A stretch of DNA of 63,926 nucleotides. Source: Rhina ancylostomus (Eukaryota). This document shows, piece after piece, positions 12,226-24,584 of the stretch. The DNA lies in NCBI GenBank assembly GCA_030265395.1, contig JARFYF010000002.1, forward strand, positions 69,148,620-69,212,545, in the 5' to 3' direction. Below the pieces are notes generated by a model. That model worked only from the letters and a program-made list of their open reading frames with translations. It was not told where the DNA came from and did not search any database. Each line of letters starts with the position of its first letter. Positions within the stretch are counted from its first letter, which is position 1. A program made the translations under genes and the position numbers.

Positions 12226-12959
12226 ATGTAAACTAGGGAACACCAAGATGAAATGTATTTTTATGCTTTATTCATTTATTGTTGCTTCTGCTGAAAATAG
12301 CTAAATTAACACAGACTACGGATTAAAACTGGGACCTTATTTACTTGCTCACCAGATAAATGCAAACAGAAAATGGCTGCTTATACAAATACCGTGCCAC
12401 GTTCTGGCAATAATTAAATCAGCAATTCTATATTTATAGAATATTAGATTGTTTTTAAATGCTTCTGAGTACTCTGGGGGAAAAAAAATGGATGCATTAT
12501 GAAAATAGAAGATGGATTAATGAGAAGGTGACAAATTCTTGTCCTAACTGCACAAAGATATCCACATAGAAATTCAAGTGGAAAGAGAAGCTATAACAAT
12601 ATCCAAAGCCAATTCAGAAATAAAGTTATTAATGTTACTGAATATATTCAAAAATAAAAAATTGAGATAATGAAGTATTCCAAAGAAGTATTTTGGTTGC
12701 CAATCATCATCATCATCAAGTGGACTGCTTTAAGTCCACTCAAGGTTAACACCCATGACCTAACTGGGTAAAAGTGCCTAGGCAGAAGGAGGGAGTATAG
12801 AAACAAATAGCATTATTTTCAGCTAACAAAATGAAAACAAAGTACAGGGCATTTGCTAATGTTTAGGATTGTACTGGGCCTTTTGAGAGTATAATACACA
12901 CCATCCAAATAAAACAATACTACAACTGGCCATAAAATAGTCAGAGATATAAGATTCAG

Positions 12960-13540
12960 AATCCCTCAAACTCCATGCGTACTTCTACAAATGTACTGTT
13001 GAAAGTATGCTGACTGGTTGCATCATGGTCTGGTACAGCCATTTGAATGCGCAGGAACATAAGCTGCAGAGAGTAGTGGACTTTGTTGAATACATCATGG
13101 GCACATCCCTCCCCATCATCGGTAGTATCTACAGGAGGCACTGCCTCAGGAAGGCAACATCCATCAAAGATCCCCATCATCCGGGCCACGTCATCTTTGT
13201 GCAGCTGCTATCGGACAGGAGGTACAGAAGCCTGGAGTCTCACACCACCAGTTACAAGAAATACTTCCCTTCAACTATTTGGTTCTTGAACCAACCAGCA
13301 AAACCCTAAATCATCACTACAGTTTAGCAACACTATGACCACTCTGATCACTTTGCACTAAAATGGACTGTGTTTCTTTTTGTTCTAATTACATCTTTTT
13401 CTTGTAAAAATAGTGTATCATTTATGTTTAATTTAAGTTTTCCTCATGAATGCTGCTTATATTGTGTTATATGCCTGGGTGCTGCTGCAAGCAAGTTTCT
13501 CATTGCACCTGTGCATACGACAATAAACTCAACTTTGACA
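12960..13540 (+). mobile_element. Rex1/Babar-type LINE 3' end
   Basis: FYKCTVESMLTGCIMVWY...LQRVV...IYRRHCLRKATSIKDPHHPGH; ends with gacaataaac. Confidence 0.8.
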
Positions 13541-14051
13541 TTATACATGTGGATGTACCTTCCATATACTCATTTGTCATTCCTTTTCCTTTAATTGGTC
13601 CACTAGTAACAGATGCAACATTTACTCAAGTTGAATATATCCAGTAGATTTTATATCAAACTATCCCCACACATTATTGTAACATACATTTTACTACAAA
13701 ATCGAAACACTAAACTCTGAATTCTTAAAGGAGCAATTGCTGTCCATAAAGACCTCTCAATTTGTGTATTAGATGTGCTTTCAATGGACAACTATTGCAT
13801 CATTCATTTACCATAATCTTCATCCATACACAAATGTAGTACTGCTCAGACTGGCTGGAACAAATCTGCTAATTACATGCAAAAACAAGGAAACTGAAAT
13901 CTTACACTTTTCTTGTGGTAGGAATACTAAACAGGATCACAAGGCAGTGCAGCAAGTTGATAAGGGATATAATGTCATGAACTACTTTCACAATGTTACC
14001 TTAGTATCTGCAGCACATTTTCTTTCAATTTAGGAAGATGTACATCTTTAC

Positions 14052-14151
14052 CTGTACTTGGAAGATACGGATGTCTGGTCCATAAAGTTTCATCTCTTCA
14101 GGAAAATACTGGAAGGCATTTAGATATGGTACATGCAGGTCTGAAACAAAC
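14052..14151 (-). CDS. TAF1B: TAF1B exon 8 ([33 protein letters not shown]), 100 nt
   Basis: taatag| acceptor, CAG|gtaaag donor; conserved PY.NAFQ.FPE.MKLYG. Confidence 0.96.
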
Positions 14152-15042
14152 CTATTATTTAAAAAAAACATATTGAAGAAAAATTAAAGGTTAACCCGAA
14201 TTTCAGAATGGCATAGAAGTTGCACTCCCAACAAATGTTTATTTCACTTAAAATATGGTAGAATTGATTCCGTTAGCATCCCAAACTTTTTTTTAAAAAA
14301 AGGCTCAAGTCTCCCAGCCCCTTAAAAAGGTTAAGCTTTTTTTGCCCCCAATTTCCAACCACCAAAATCCTGGCCTAAACCATTAATCACTATTCACAAA
14401 TAAGGAAGTCAAGACAGTAGCAAATCTAGTCACAAAACACAGGCAGAGCATGAAAATTTTGACATCCAAAATGCCATTATTACCCAGAGGAATCTCTATC
14501 AAGTCAAAATAGATGACAGAAAACAAACCTGCCCTTGCAGAGCAACTTTGTAGTGAAACATTCCAAGCTGCTTCACATTGAGCACTGAGCAATGTAGCCA
14601 ATGATAATAGTAAAATGGCTTTCAATCACATTGGATTTAGTGACCTTGGAGGCCCTTTACCAAAATAGCAAGTTCAGGTAATTTTCAGTAATAAGAATAG
14701 TCATTACATTTAGCTCAATGGAACCATGATTTACATCCAATGGTTTTATGAATAAAATAGGAACCAAACTTTTTGAAATCAAGGCATTATTTAACTGGAA
14801 CCCAATGTATAATCGGCAAGCACCAGAATGGTGAATGCACAGAATGGTACGAGTTAGGATGTGGCTAGTAAGGTTTTAGATGTTTGTATTTGGTGAGGAT
14901 CCAAACAGCAAGGAGTTCATTGAGTCTAGTAACAAAGGCCATAAGAAATAGGTTCTCCAAAGATTTGCTGTTGATGTAGCCCTATTAATGCAAGAATTAA
15001 AAGATAAAACACTAAGATAAAAAGTCAATGCCATTGCCTTAC

Positions 15043-15205
15043 CGTAGGAGATCTGCAAGAGTAATTGATTCTCTTAGCCAAAGCAGTCCCATGTAACAAA
15101 ATGCTAGTGTCATAGGCATAGACATCAGTAATCTCTTACGACGTGCAGCACGCAAATATAGGCTACCATCAACAGATCCTGACTGTATAGATGATCTTTC
15201 ATCCT
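15043..15205 (-). CDS. TAF1B: TAF1B exon 7 ([18 protein letters not shown]...[26 protein letters not shown]), 163 nt
   Basis: tttgtcag| acceptor, CG|gtaagg donor; conserved SGSVDG and TLAFCY..LLW.RE.ITL.DLLR. Confidence 0.96.
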
Positions 15206-16087
15206 CTGACAAAGAAATGCATGACAATATTTATGTATTTTTTTTGAAAACATAAAATACTCCCATCTTCTTTCCCTTCATGATATGCTTCATGACTGGC
15301 ACTAGTCATGACAGCATAACAACTGGCATTCACCATCAGTATTCTGCAAAATTTACAGCAACTCCAGGACTGGAACACATCTGTTCAAACGAGTAAATCC
15401 AGACATTGCTGTGAATGATTCCACATTATTCTGCAAGTTACATGACAGATTGAACTCAACACACAAATTAAAAGGGAGTGAGAACTTGGGCTAATTGCTC
15501 ACTGCTTACAGAGGGAACTCCAAGAATCTCTACCAGATCTGAGGCGGCACAAAGAGTGATTTCCCGCAGATTTTTTTTAAAAATGGAAAATCATGGGACT
15601 TTATAATGCAGAAATTTGAGAGAGACCAAGGTAATTGTTAATTTAAAATAAACTCTTGCGTGGTGCTTTCACTTTAAAAGAATCTTTTAAGACAGGTCTG
15701 TTTTAATTCTACTTAATGGCTTGTTAATGTAGATTTTATTTTCCAAAGTATTGGAATTTTTGTTTCAAGTATTTAAAGATTTGAAAGTTTCTGAATATTT
15801 TTAAATGTTTAAAATTGAAGCAGCTCTGGATAAATTTGAGACATGATAACCTACTGTTAATTTTTTTTTAAATTCCTAATTTTGTGGGTGGGACTAGTCT
15901 TGACAGCCCCAAGTTTACACTCACAAGACACCACGACTTCAAAAGGTCACTTTATGGAACAAATAATCTCCACGTTGATTTTGGTAGGATCAATGAAGTG
16001 TGCAGTTTTTAAAATCAAGTTCAGTAGTGAACAACGTCAATTTGCTGCTGAACACACAATCCAGCAATTAAGAATGCAAAATAATTT

Positions 16088-16330
16088 TACTGCAAAACTT
16101 TAAATCTGGCACACCTGGAACTTTGGTGGCACTGGATTAGTAGAGTTTCCAAACTGTATGTCATTATTAATTCGAACACATCTTTAATTCACTTTTATTT
16201 TAAATACAAGATGTTACATGGTAGAAAAATAAATTTTTCAGTAAATCTGGTGAGTTTGGGAATAAGGCCCCTGAGGATCCAGATGCCGAACCATTGAGAT
16301 ATCCAGTAGATTATCAAAAATTTTACTGTG
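16088..16330. mobile_element. Old ~250-bp MITE (pogo/Tigger-like CAGTAAAA termini); copies at ~36235-36505, ~42255-42460, ~60775-60845
   Basis: Mutually alignable ends (cagtaaaa.tcc.ataat...ggact.gcagattt and gatggttcggcatctg) across the four sites. Confidence 0.5.
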
Positions 16331-16780
16331 GTGAAATGTGATTAGCACATTGATCTGATGGTCTCTTGAATTGTCTCCCTCCCCCAAAAGGACATCCGCA
16401 TCTAAAATAACTTCCAACTAAATAATACAAATTTGGATAAACCTGAAGACACCAGGAACAGATAGTACACAGCAGAATTTGTATTAACTGCAAAAACTAT
16501 ATTTTAATATCTCAAATGTAACTGATTATGACAGATACTAAATCCTTACAACAGACAACATCAACAATTTTGTCACGCTCTTCCAATGCATCAAAACAAA
16601 ACAATTAGAACTGATCCATCTACTTGACTCTAGGACATAATAAACTATCGTGGGAATGGGAGTGGGTGGTAGCATATTTTCATAGTAGGAGATATGGACA
16701 AGTAGCGAAACCTTCGTCTCAAGTGAATATTATATAGTGTAGCCTACAAACAGTAAAATGTTATCCAAGCAGTCTCATAC

Positions 16781-16928
16781 CTGATAAAAATGCATTTTTG
16801 GATAAGTTAATACTGTTGTCTTGAGAGGCACATTCAGCATTATCTTCAAACAATGAAGAGCATCCACCCAAGGATGATATGTCTGTATCAGTGTCAAATC
16901 CTGATGAGCTAGAATTGACTTCAGAATT
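16781..16928 (-). CDS. TAF1B: TAF1B exon 6, Ser/Asp-rich linker (NSEVNSSSSGFDTDTDISSLGGCSSLFEDNAECASQDNSINLSKNAFLS), 148 nt
   Basis: Strong pyrimidine tract + tacag|, CAG|gtatga donor; open frame; phase 0 to phase 1 is exactly what joins exon 5 to exon 7; low sequence conservation. Confidence 0.82.
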
Positions 16929-18560
16929 CTGTATTAAGATAGAAATAGAGGCAAGAGGAAAGAAAAATGATTAAGGGAAACATTTAATTTCAGGAGCTTG
17001 CTTAGGCAATTAGAGGAAAATTAATAAGCCCAATGTAGACTTTTTTAATTAATAGACTAAGTTTGCATTGAATTCAATACACAATTTAGCCATTTAACAC
17101 CTACTTGGTTCTGGATAATTTGATAACCAATTCACCCTTGTTTAATATCAATGAATGATTAAATTCATATTCAGATTTCATGAAAAAAATGACAGCCCTT
17201 GCTCCTGCAAGTAGTCCAATCCATTCAAAGTTCTGACAATCTGAAACATTAATTGTTTTCTTTCCTGTTGCCTAACCTGCTGAGAGCTTTCAACTTTTTC
17301 TGTTATTGGAGTAGTTGGGTAGAAAAAAAAATTCTATTAACATGCCATGTCTTTCTTTGCCAAGAGAAATGCATCTTGAATAAAAACTGATGGGTTGGAT
17401 CACACCGTGTATATTCCACTCACAGGAAGCCCACCTTATAGTGCTGCCTGTTTTGCTGCTGTGGCTGTTCCATGAGGTGGAGTGGCATACAGGTGGAAAC
17501 AAGTTGGCCTCACCTCAGACTTCCCCGATTGCATCCTGGCAGTTTGTACCATCAGAAAGCATTTTCCACTATTTCTAAATGTCTCTGATAATCATGGATA
17601 TTTTGAAACAATGAGAAAACATATATATAATTAAATATAATTAAACAATTTATGAAAATGAACATTCAACTTACAGAAATATAAAACATTGAATAAAATG
17701 TAAAAGACACAAATGAAGATCAGTGGACCCATTTAAATGAATGAAGTCACAATTGATATGTCTGCTATGGCTGGTTTCTGCTGATGGACTTGATATAAAG
17801 TATTTCCAGCCTCTCAGTTCTGTGTATCGTACAATCACTGCTGACTTGGTGTGGAAATCTGTACTGTGCTGACACATATTACAGCGAGTAAACAGCTGCC
17901 CAAATTACAAATTCACAGAAATTAAAGCCATTGGATCTAGGTGACACAGTGGGACAGAACACTGTTTTTGTTTGTATTTAGTTCATTTTCAAAGGCAAAT
18001 AGACAAAGAGGAGATTTTGCATCTCCCATACAAGGTTCCCACTTAAATAAAAATTGGTCAATCTTAACACAACTAACTTTATAAAAGTATCCTTAAAGCA
18101 GCACGCTGGTGATTGTTGTCATGACATTTTCAGTTAATATTAAAGTAAAATTTTGGGAAAACATGGAGGAAGCTTTCCCCCCCCCAAAAAACAAATACAT
18201 ATATGAAATAATTATTTCTACTGCAATTAGCCAATACAACAAGCCCAATGTGCAAAATGATCTTCTACAGAATTTTTTAAAAATGAGTACAAAAACAACA
18301 CAACTGAGAGCAGAACCCCCAATGTTACAACAAAAATCTCTGTAAAGACCAGGAATTGCAAAAGTGCTTCACCAGCTTGAACAGTTGGTAACAACTTTAC
18401 AATCCCTTTACAACTCGAGATATTGTTCCTGAAGGAGCCAATCTAGATAATTTAAAATGTACACTTCCTCTTTCGGCTACAGTACAGCACTTGCATTACT
18501 GCCTCAATATCACTGGCAGAAAAAATAATTATGCTAAACTTGTAACAGGTTTCTGATGTA

Positions 18561-18783
18561 CAGGAAGTCCCTGGGTTACAAACGAGTTCCGTTTTAAAGA
18601 CTGTTCGTAACCTGATTTTATATGCAACTCGGAACAGTGTCCATGTATGTGCAGTTGGGTCGGGGATCACAGCCACACATGGCCCTGGCCGCACATGCGC
18701 ACTTGGCCTGGGGTTGGGCCAAAGGTGCACCGCCGCCGTGGTTGGTTCATGAGTATGGGCGTTTGTAAGTCAGGGACTGCCTG
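18561..18783. mobile_element. Tigger/pogo-type MITE, 223 bp, TA TSD
   Basis: Left TA|CAGGAAGTCCCTGGGTTACAAAC; right reverse complement TA|CAGGCAGTCCCTGACTTACAAAC (20/23 identical). Confidence 0.85.
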
Positions 18784-18844
18784 TACTTGTTAGTTTTGTA
18801 AAGTGTATCAGCATACTGTGAATCTCTGGGAATGAACAGAACTG

Positions 18845-19660
18845 AGAATTATCCAGATGGCGATGAGGCTGTGTACAGGAGTCAGATAAATTGGTTGGTT
18901 GAGTGGTGTCGCATCAACAACCTCGCACTCAATGTCAACAAGACCAAGGAATTGATTGTGGACTTCAGGAAGGGGAAGTTGAGAGAACACACACCAGTCT
19001 TCATTGAGGGGTCAGTGGTGGAAAGGGAGAGTAGCTTCAAGTTCCTGGGTGTCAACATCTCAGAGGATCTATCTTGGGCCCAACACATTGATGCAATCAT
19101 GAAGAAGCCAGTGGCTCTACTTCATTAGCAGTTTGAGGAGATTTGGTATGTCACCAAAGACTCTTACAAATTTCTATAGATATACGGCAGACATATATCT
19201 ATATANNNNNNNNNNNNNNNNNNNNNNNNNNNNNNNNNNNNNNNNNNNNNNNNNNNNNNNNNNNNNNNNNNNNNNNNNNNNNNNNNNNNNNNNNNNNNNN
19301 NNNNNNNNNNNNNNNNNNNNNNNNNNNNNNNNNNNNNNNNNNNNNNNNNNNNNNNNNNNNNNNNNNNNNNNNNNNNNNNNNNNNNNNNNNNNNNNNNNNN
19401 NNNNNNNNNNNNNNNNNNNNNNNNNNNNNNNNNNNNNNNNNNNNNNNNNNNNNNNNNNNNNNNNNNNNNNNNNNNNNNNNNNNNNNNNNNNNNNNNNNNN
19501 NNNNNNNNNNNNNNNNNNNNNNCACCTCATTATTCCTCTTCTGCACTATTTATTTTTGTAACATAGTAATTTTTAATGTCTTTATGTCTGGCACTGTACT
19601 GCTGCCGCAAAACAACAAATTTCGTGACATGTCAGTGATGCTAAACTTGATTCTGATCGG
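18845..19660 (+). mobile_element. Rex1/Babar LINE 3' part (interrupted by N-gap)
   Basis: DEAVYRSQINWLVEWCRINNLALNVNKTKELIVDFRK...FKFLGVNISEDLSW; tail ...gattctgat; same family at 49325-49672 and 54020-54490. Confidence 0.85.
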
Positions 19661-21419
19661 TACAGTGACACCTTCACACAGATACGCCACTGACTGCAGG
19701 CATACAACATACAAGACTGAACTTTTTACTTTAAATTTAGAAATAAAACCAGGGTTCATGAAAGCAACAATAACACACCCAGTGATTAGCTTATTAGTTG
19801 TGGGTAGACTTCCTGGAATCTAAAAGAACAATTGAAGTATCTGCAAACATGCAAATATATGGAATCTATTTCACGTTAAGCCAAAGTGAAAATTCTACTC
19901 CCACCATAAATTGATAACTCAGAAAACATTTCATTTAGTCCTTAAATCACTAAGTATACAAAAGATCTACATGCTAAATAAACTATTATACATAATTACA
20001 AATAATTACTACTATACTCAATCCTAATATTTTGTTAATTTTCTCAAGTTAATAATGGGTATAGTCAACCAAACAAAACTTAAATAGCCAAAGAACTTAA
20101 TTTAATAGTGCTGGGATTCATCCACTGGGGATTATCACAATTTAAAGGAAACTTTTGGACTCATCCATGACCCTCCAGTTAGACTGTTACATTTCATTCT
20201 GATTGCTACTTTACAAGTAGTAAAGCAGTGCAAACGTGTTAAGAATTCCAAGGCCTAAGACTGCTGCATGGTAAGACTGCTCATTTGATAATTGCTGATA
20301 ACCAGGTGAATCCCAAGACTATTCACTTTTTTCTTTTACGTGTGTGTCATAAAGGGACAGTGATCACTAAAATATTCAACTTTAGAGCTGCATCTTGATA
20401 AACAATTGTGGAAGAGCCACAGAGCCAAGGCCAGGTGTATTATATATAAAAATTATATATAATAATAATTTACACAATGTCCTGTTATGAAACAAAAGCC
20501 AGAAGATTGGTATATTGGGGGGTATATTTTTCAAAGAAAGTCATACAGTTTAATTCTATATGTAGTCTTCACCATCCTATGCTTTTCTACTATTGCAAAT
20601 CAGGTTATTTAAGGAAATTTGCTGCACAATCATAGAATTGTTAAGGAACAGAAGAAAGCTATTTGGCTCATGCATTCATAGATGTCGTGTTTAGTTAGTT
20701 CCATTACACTTCCAATAAAACAGACTGTAGAGATAAAAATTTTACTGATAAAATTTTGTTTGCTCATTTTACAATTAATTTTAAAGAATAAAAATTCATC
20801 TGCAGATTGAACCAAAAATGGCAATGTACAATTTAAGAAACAAAAAAACAACAAGTTGCCTCAACACGAAGGTAGATCTAGAAAATGTCCAGCTCTCCAC
20901 ACAATTGTTCTATCAAATTAATCCGATTAAACCTATTGTAGCACTTGTGGGCAAGAATTACATGCAAAGCCTATTACATTCAAGATTCTAAATCACTTAA
21001 AAGTGTAATTCCAAGTGCAGCATATTTTTTTGTAAAATAGTGGCTGCATTACATCTTGTAGCTTTCTTGAAGCACCCTTATTGGAACCAACCTCCTGCAA
21101 GGTTTTTGAATGGTAGAGATTTTGTTTCATTCATGTTCAAACATGTAAAGACATGTATGCAAACAAAACAAGAAAACAACCTATATACTAGAATATGGTG
21201 CGCTCCACCACATTCACTCGGGTCCATTGGTATTCCACTTTCTATACAAGAACAGAACACACAATAGACTAAGATTTTTTTCTATTCATAACTTTCAATG
21301 AAATGCATCACTCTGTTTTTACAAAAAGAACCAATTCAAAACTTTGTTAATTCCAATCACTGCACTAAGGAGGGTCAGTAACAATAAACATTGCCTTAGA
21401 TGAAAATTTAAAAACAGCT

Positions 21420-21520
21420 AGTTCTGATGCAGTGTCACAGACCCAAAACACTGACAGTTTCTATTTCCACAGATGCTGCCTGACTTACTGAACTTTTCCA
21501 GCATTTGTTTTTGTTTCAGT
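21420..21520 (+). mobile_element. Penelope-type element end
   Basis: ttctgatgcagtgtcacagacccaaaac...ccacagatgctgcctgacttactgaacttttccagcatt. Confidence 0.55.
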
Positions 21521-21787
21521 AGTCATTAGCATAACACTATTACAGCGCAAGCAACAGAGGTTCAATTCCAGGCACTATCTGTAAGGAATTTGTACATTTT
21601 TCCTATGTCTGTGTGGGTTTTCTCTTACATTCCAAAAGACGTATGGGTTAGGAAGTTGTGAGCATGCTATGTTGGCGCCGGAAGCACAGTGACACATGTG
21701 GGCTGCCCTGAGAGCACTCTACTCAAACGATGCATTTCATTGTGTTTCAATGTACATGTGACTAATAAAGATATCTTATCTTATCTA
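21520..21787 (+). mobile_element. tRNA-derived SINE with (atctt)n tail; reverse copy at ~29925-30200
   Basis: B-box ggttcaattcc; V-domain-like gtgggttttctc; tail ctaataaagatatcttatcttatct. Confidence 0.7.
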
Positions 21788-22764
21788 GATCAAGACCAGA
21801 GTAACTATTGGGAGAAATCCCCTGTTGGATACCATGGACTTCCAAACTCTTAAAAAGGGCTCCATTATTTTCTTTAATTGTTTTTGACCACAACAAACTT
21901 AAATGCTTTATATTGAACTAAATTGAAGAAAATTATATTGGGACAGCAGCAAAACAAAAATTATGCATGATTCACTATGATAGTAGATAATTGGCTTGCA
22001 AGATGTGGTAGAAAATTTGGAACTAACCATAGAGTTATTGAGAAAACAATTAGAAGCAACCATCATTGATTCTGAAGGAACAATTGTGGTTCAGGCAGTG
22101 ATAGAGTTTAGTGGAACATGCAAATGTGAAAATACAGCAAGTGGATTTAACGGAAAAGCAAATTTACTCAAAGCCTTTAGCAAGATACCACAGAGGTTCT
22201 ATAAAACAAAAGCAATGGCAATGGAATTAAGAAAGCCATACTGATTAGAAGAGGAGAAATAGGGAGCTGAAGTTAGGCAACATGCTGTGAATGGATAGGG
22301 TGAAAGTAGCTGTGTGCCACTGTGGTCTGTTTCAGTTCCAATTTTATATGCAACCACTTGGATGCAAGGAGAGGAGTTGTCTGGCACACTAATATAGACC
22401 CCACAATAATTTTGAGTCAAAAAATTACAAGGGTATATTTAGAAGATATGCTAAAGAGTGGAAAATAGAAAGAAATGTCAGTAAATGTGAGGTGGTACAT
22501 TTAGGTTAAAAATACTTTAGATGGTATTGGTTTATTATGGTCACACATATGGAGATACAGTGAAAAACATTTGATTTGCATGCCATCCAGACAAATCATG
22601 CCATACATAATTACATCAAGGTAGTGATCAGAAAACAGAATATGGAGCAATTCCAGAGAAAGTGCACTGCAGATCAAATAAAGTGCAAGATGGGAGAAAG
22701 ATAGATGATATGCTGGAGAATTCACAAGTTTGCAAGACATTAAAAGCAGCATCTCAAGTGCATG

Positions 22765-23170
22765 AGACCATTGAGGAGTTCCCAGGGATGTGTCCTTGGT
22801 TCAATTACCTTTAGGTGCTTCACTGCCATTCTGTCCATCTTGAAGTCAAAAGTATCATTCCCTCCCTCCATCATGACAGCTGCATGGCTGTACTGTGTAT
22901 TGTCGACAAATCCACTGCAGCAGAGTTTTCACCTTCAAAACCTGCAACCTTGCCATCTAGCAAGATGAATGCAGCAAGTGCACAAAAGTATTTCACCTCC
23001 CAGTTTCCCACCAAGGCACAGACCATCTGACTTGAAAATATTATCACCATCTCTCAGTCAAAATTCTGGAACTACCAATGGGAGCAAACAGAACGCCACA
23101 GTTCAAGAAGTTAGCTCACTGCTACCTTTTCAAGGACAAATAGGGATGGAAAATGAATGCTGACCTTTTG
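22765..23170 (+). mobile_element. L2/CR1-group LINE 3' fragment (same family at ~35250-35760)
   Basis: Shared cctcc..ca...cactgcag segments; tail ttcaagaag..agctcac...ttcaagg.caa.tagggatgg. Confidence 0.55.
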
Positions 23171-23174
23171 AGTA

Positions 23175-23545
23175 AATGCTGGAAGAACTCAGCAGGTCAG
23201 GCAGCATCTGTGGAAAGAGAAATAGTTAACATTTCATCAGAACTGGGAAAAAGGGAGAAAGAAATTAGTTGAGGTAGCAACTAATTTGGGGATGGGAGAT
23301 GGGTGGAACAAGGAGTATCTCTGATAGGGTGAAATTGGTGGCTGTCAAAAATCAGATTAAACTTCTTTTTCTGTGATGTGCTGCTAATGTTGTGTGGTCC
23401 AGTAGGCCAGACTATACAAAAAAAAGAAAAAGAAGAAAGTTTCTCATTTCCCAGTTCTGAATGTGGGTTCCAGATCAGAAACAGATGCTGCCCGACCTGC
23501 TGAGCTTTTCCAGCATTCTGCTTTATTTTCAGCATCTGCAGTCTG
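23175..23545. mobile_element. Penelope-type inverted-repeat element
   Basis: 37-bp inverted arms 23175-23211 / 23481-23517 (34/37 complementary); ttctga core remnants on both arms. Confidence 0.7.
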
Positions 23546-23599
23546 CTTCTGTTATTTATTGGCCTATTCAGTAATGCTCAGATTCCATTAACAAAATAA

Positions 23600-24130
23600 A
23601 TAAACATATGCTTTAGGACTAGGCATACAAAATAAAAATTAGAGATGGACTGGTAATCTATACGAACCATAGCAAAGTTAACAATGGGGAACTATGTACA
23701 GCTTGGGCTCTATGTTCTTGAAAAGATGGTGAGGAAATAGCAAGAGTACATTACAGAATCACTAGGATCTTGCTTGGCATGAGGAAATATATAGAATGAC
23801 TTGAAAAATTCTAATGTTAAATTCCCATTAGAAGATTGGAAGGTGATATATTGGCTGTGCTTAAAATTACAAAAGGATGGCCCTTATTAGATGGAAATAG
23901 TGTTTCCAGTGATGGAATAACAAGACAAATACATGAAGATTAAATGCAAGAGATTTAAGTCAGACAGTAGTGCAGTCACAGAGTTGTAAGACTGTGGAAT
24001 GCTCTAGTGTGAATGATGCAACATCAATATAGTAGAAATTAGATAAGTGGTTGTGGATGGAAATCACAGGCATATGGGAACAGGACATGCATATTAGAAT
24101 ATAGTTGTATGGAGGATAAACACCGGCATG
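23600..24130 (+). mobile_element. Old CR1 LINE 3' fragment
   Basis: agaagattggaaggtgatat, cacagagttgtaagactgtggaatgctct (RVVRLWNAL). Confidence 0.55.
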
Positions 24131-24197
24131 CAAGTTCATTGAAGAATTAACTTTGTGTCCCTAATTTTTAGCACAACAGAGGTCAAATATTCCAAAA

Positions 24198-24390
24198 TGT
24201 AGACACAAGAGACTGCAGATGCTGGAATCTGAAGCAAAAAAAATGAGCTGCTGGAGGAACTTGGCAGACCAGTCAGCATCTGTGGAGGGAAATAGACCAA
24301 GACAAAGGCTCTTGATGTGAGATTTCAACTGTCCATATCCCTCCACAGATGCTGCCTGACCCACTGAGTTCCTCCAGCAGCTTGTTCTAA
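24198..24390. mobile_element. Penelope-type fold-back element
   Basis: 51-bp inverted arms 24247-24297 / 24331-24381, preceded by agacacaagagactgcagatgctggaatc. Confidence 0.7.
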
Positions 24391-24488
24391 AATGTACTTG
24401 AGATTAAGCATCTTTTTCCATATACTGAAAATATACCAGTTTTCGTACTCACAGCTGACACCACCAATATTTGTTTAATCACACCTAC

Positions 24489-24584
24489 CCTCCGTTTTCC
24501 CATGAAGACAGCAACTGGCTTGTTTGTATAAGCCTGTTCACTTCTTTGTAAGTAACGCCTCCAAACATTGCATAGGATTTCATC
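24489..24584 (-). CDS. TAF1B: TAF1B exon 5 (DEILCNVWRRYLQRSEQAYTNKPVAVFMGKRR), 96 nt
   Basis: ttttcctag| acceptor, AGG|gtaggt donor (alternative in-frame donor after 24453); WRRYLQ..QAY motif. Confidence 0.92.

Noticed and set aside
12719-12740. 8-bp hairpin AGTGGACT-gcttta-AGTCCACT
   Set aside because: Expected by chance in 64 kb; no supporting context
15204-15207. AG dinucleotides immediately after the acceptors of exons 2, 7 and 10
   Set aside because: Using them would shift the frame by 2 or 4 nt; they are not in-frame NAGNAG sites
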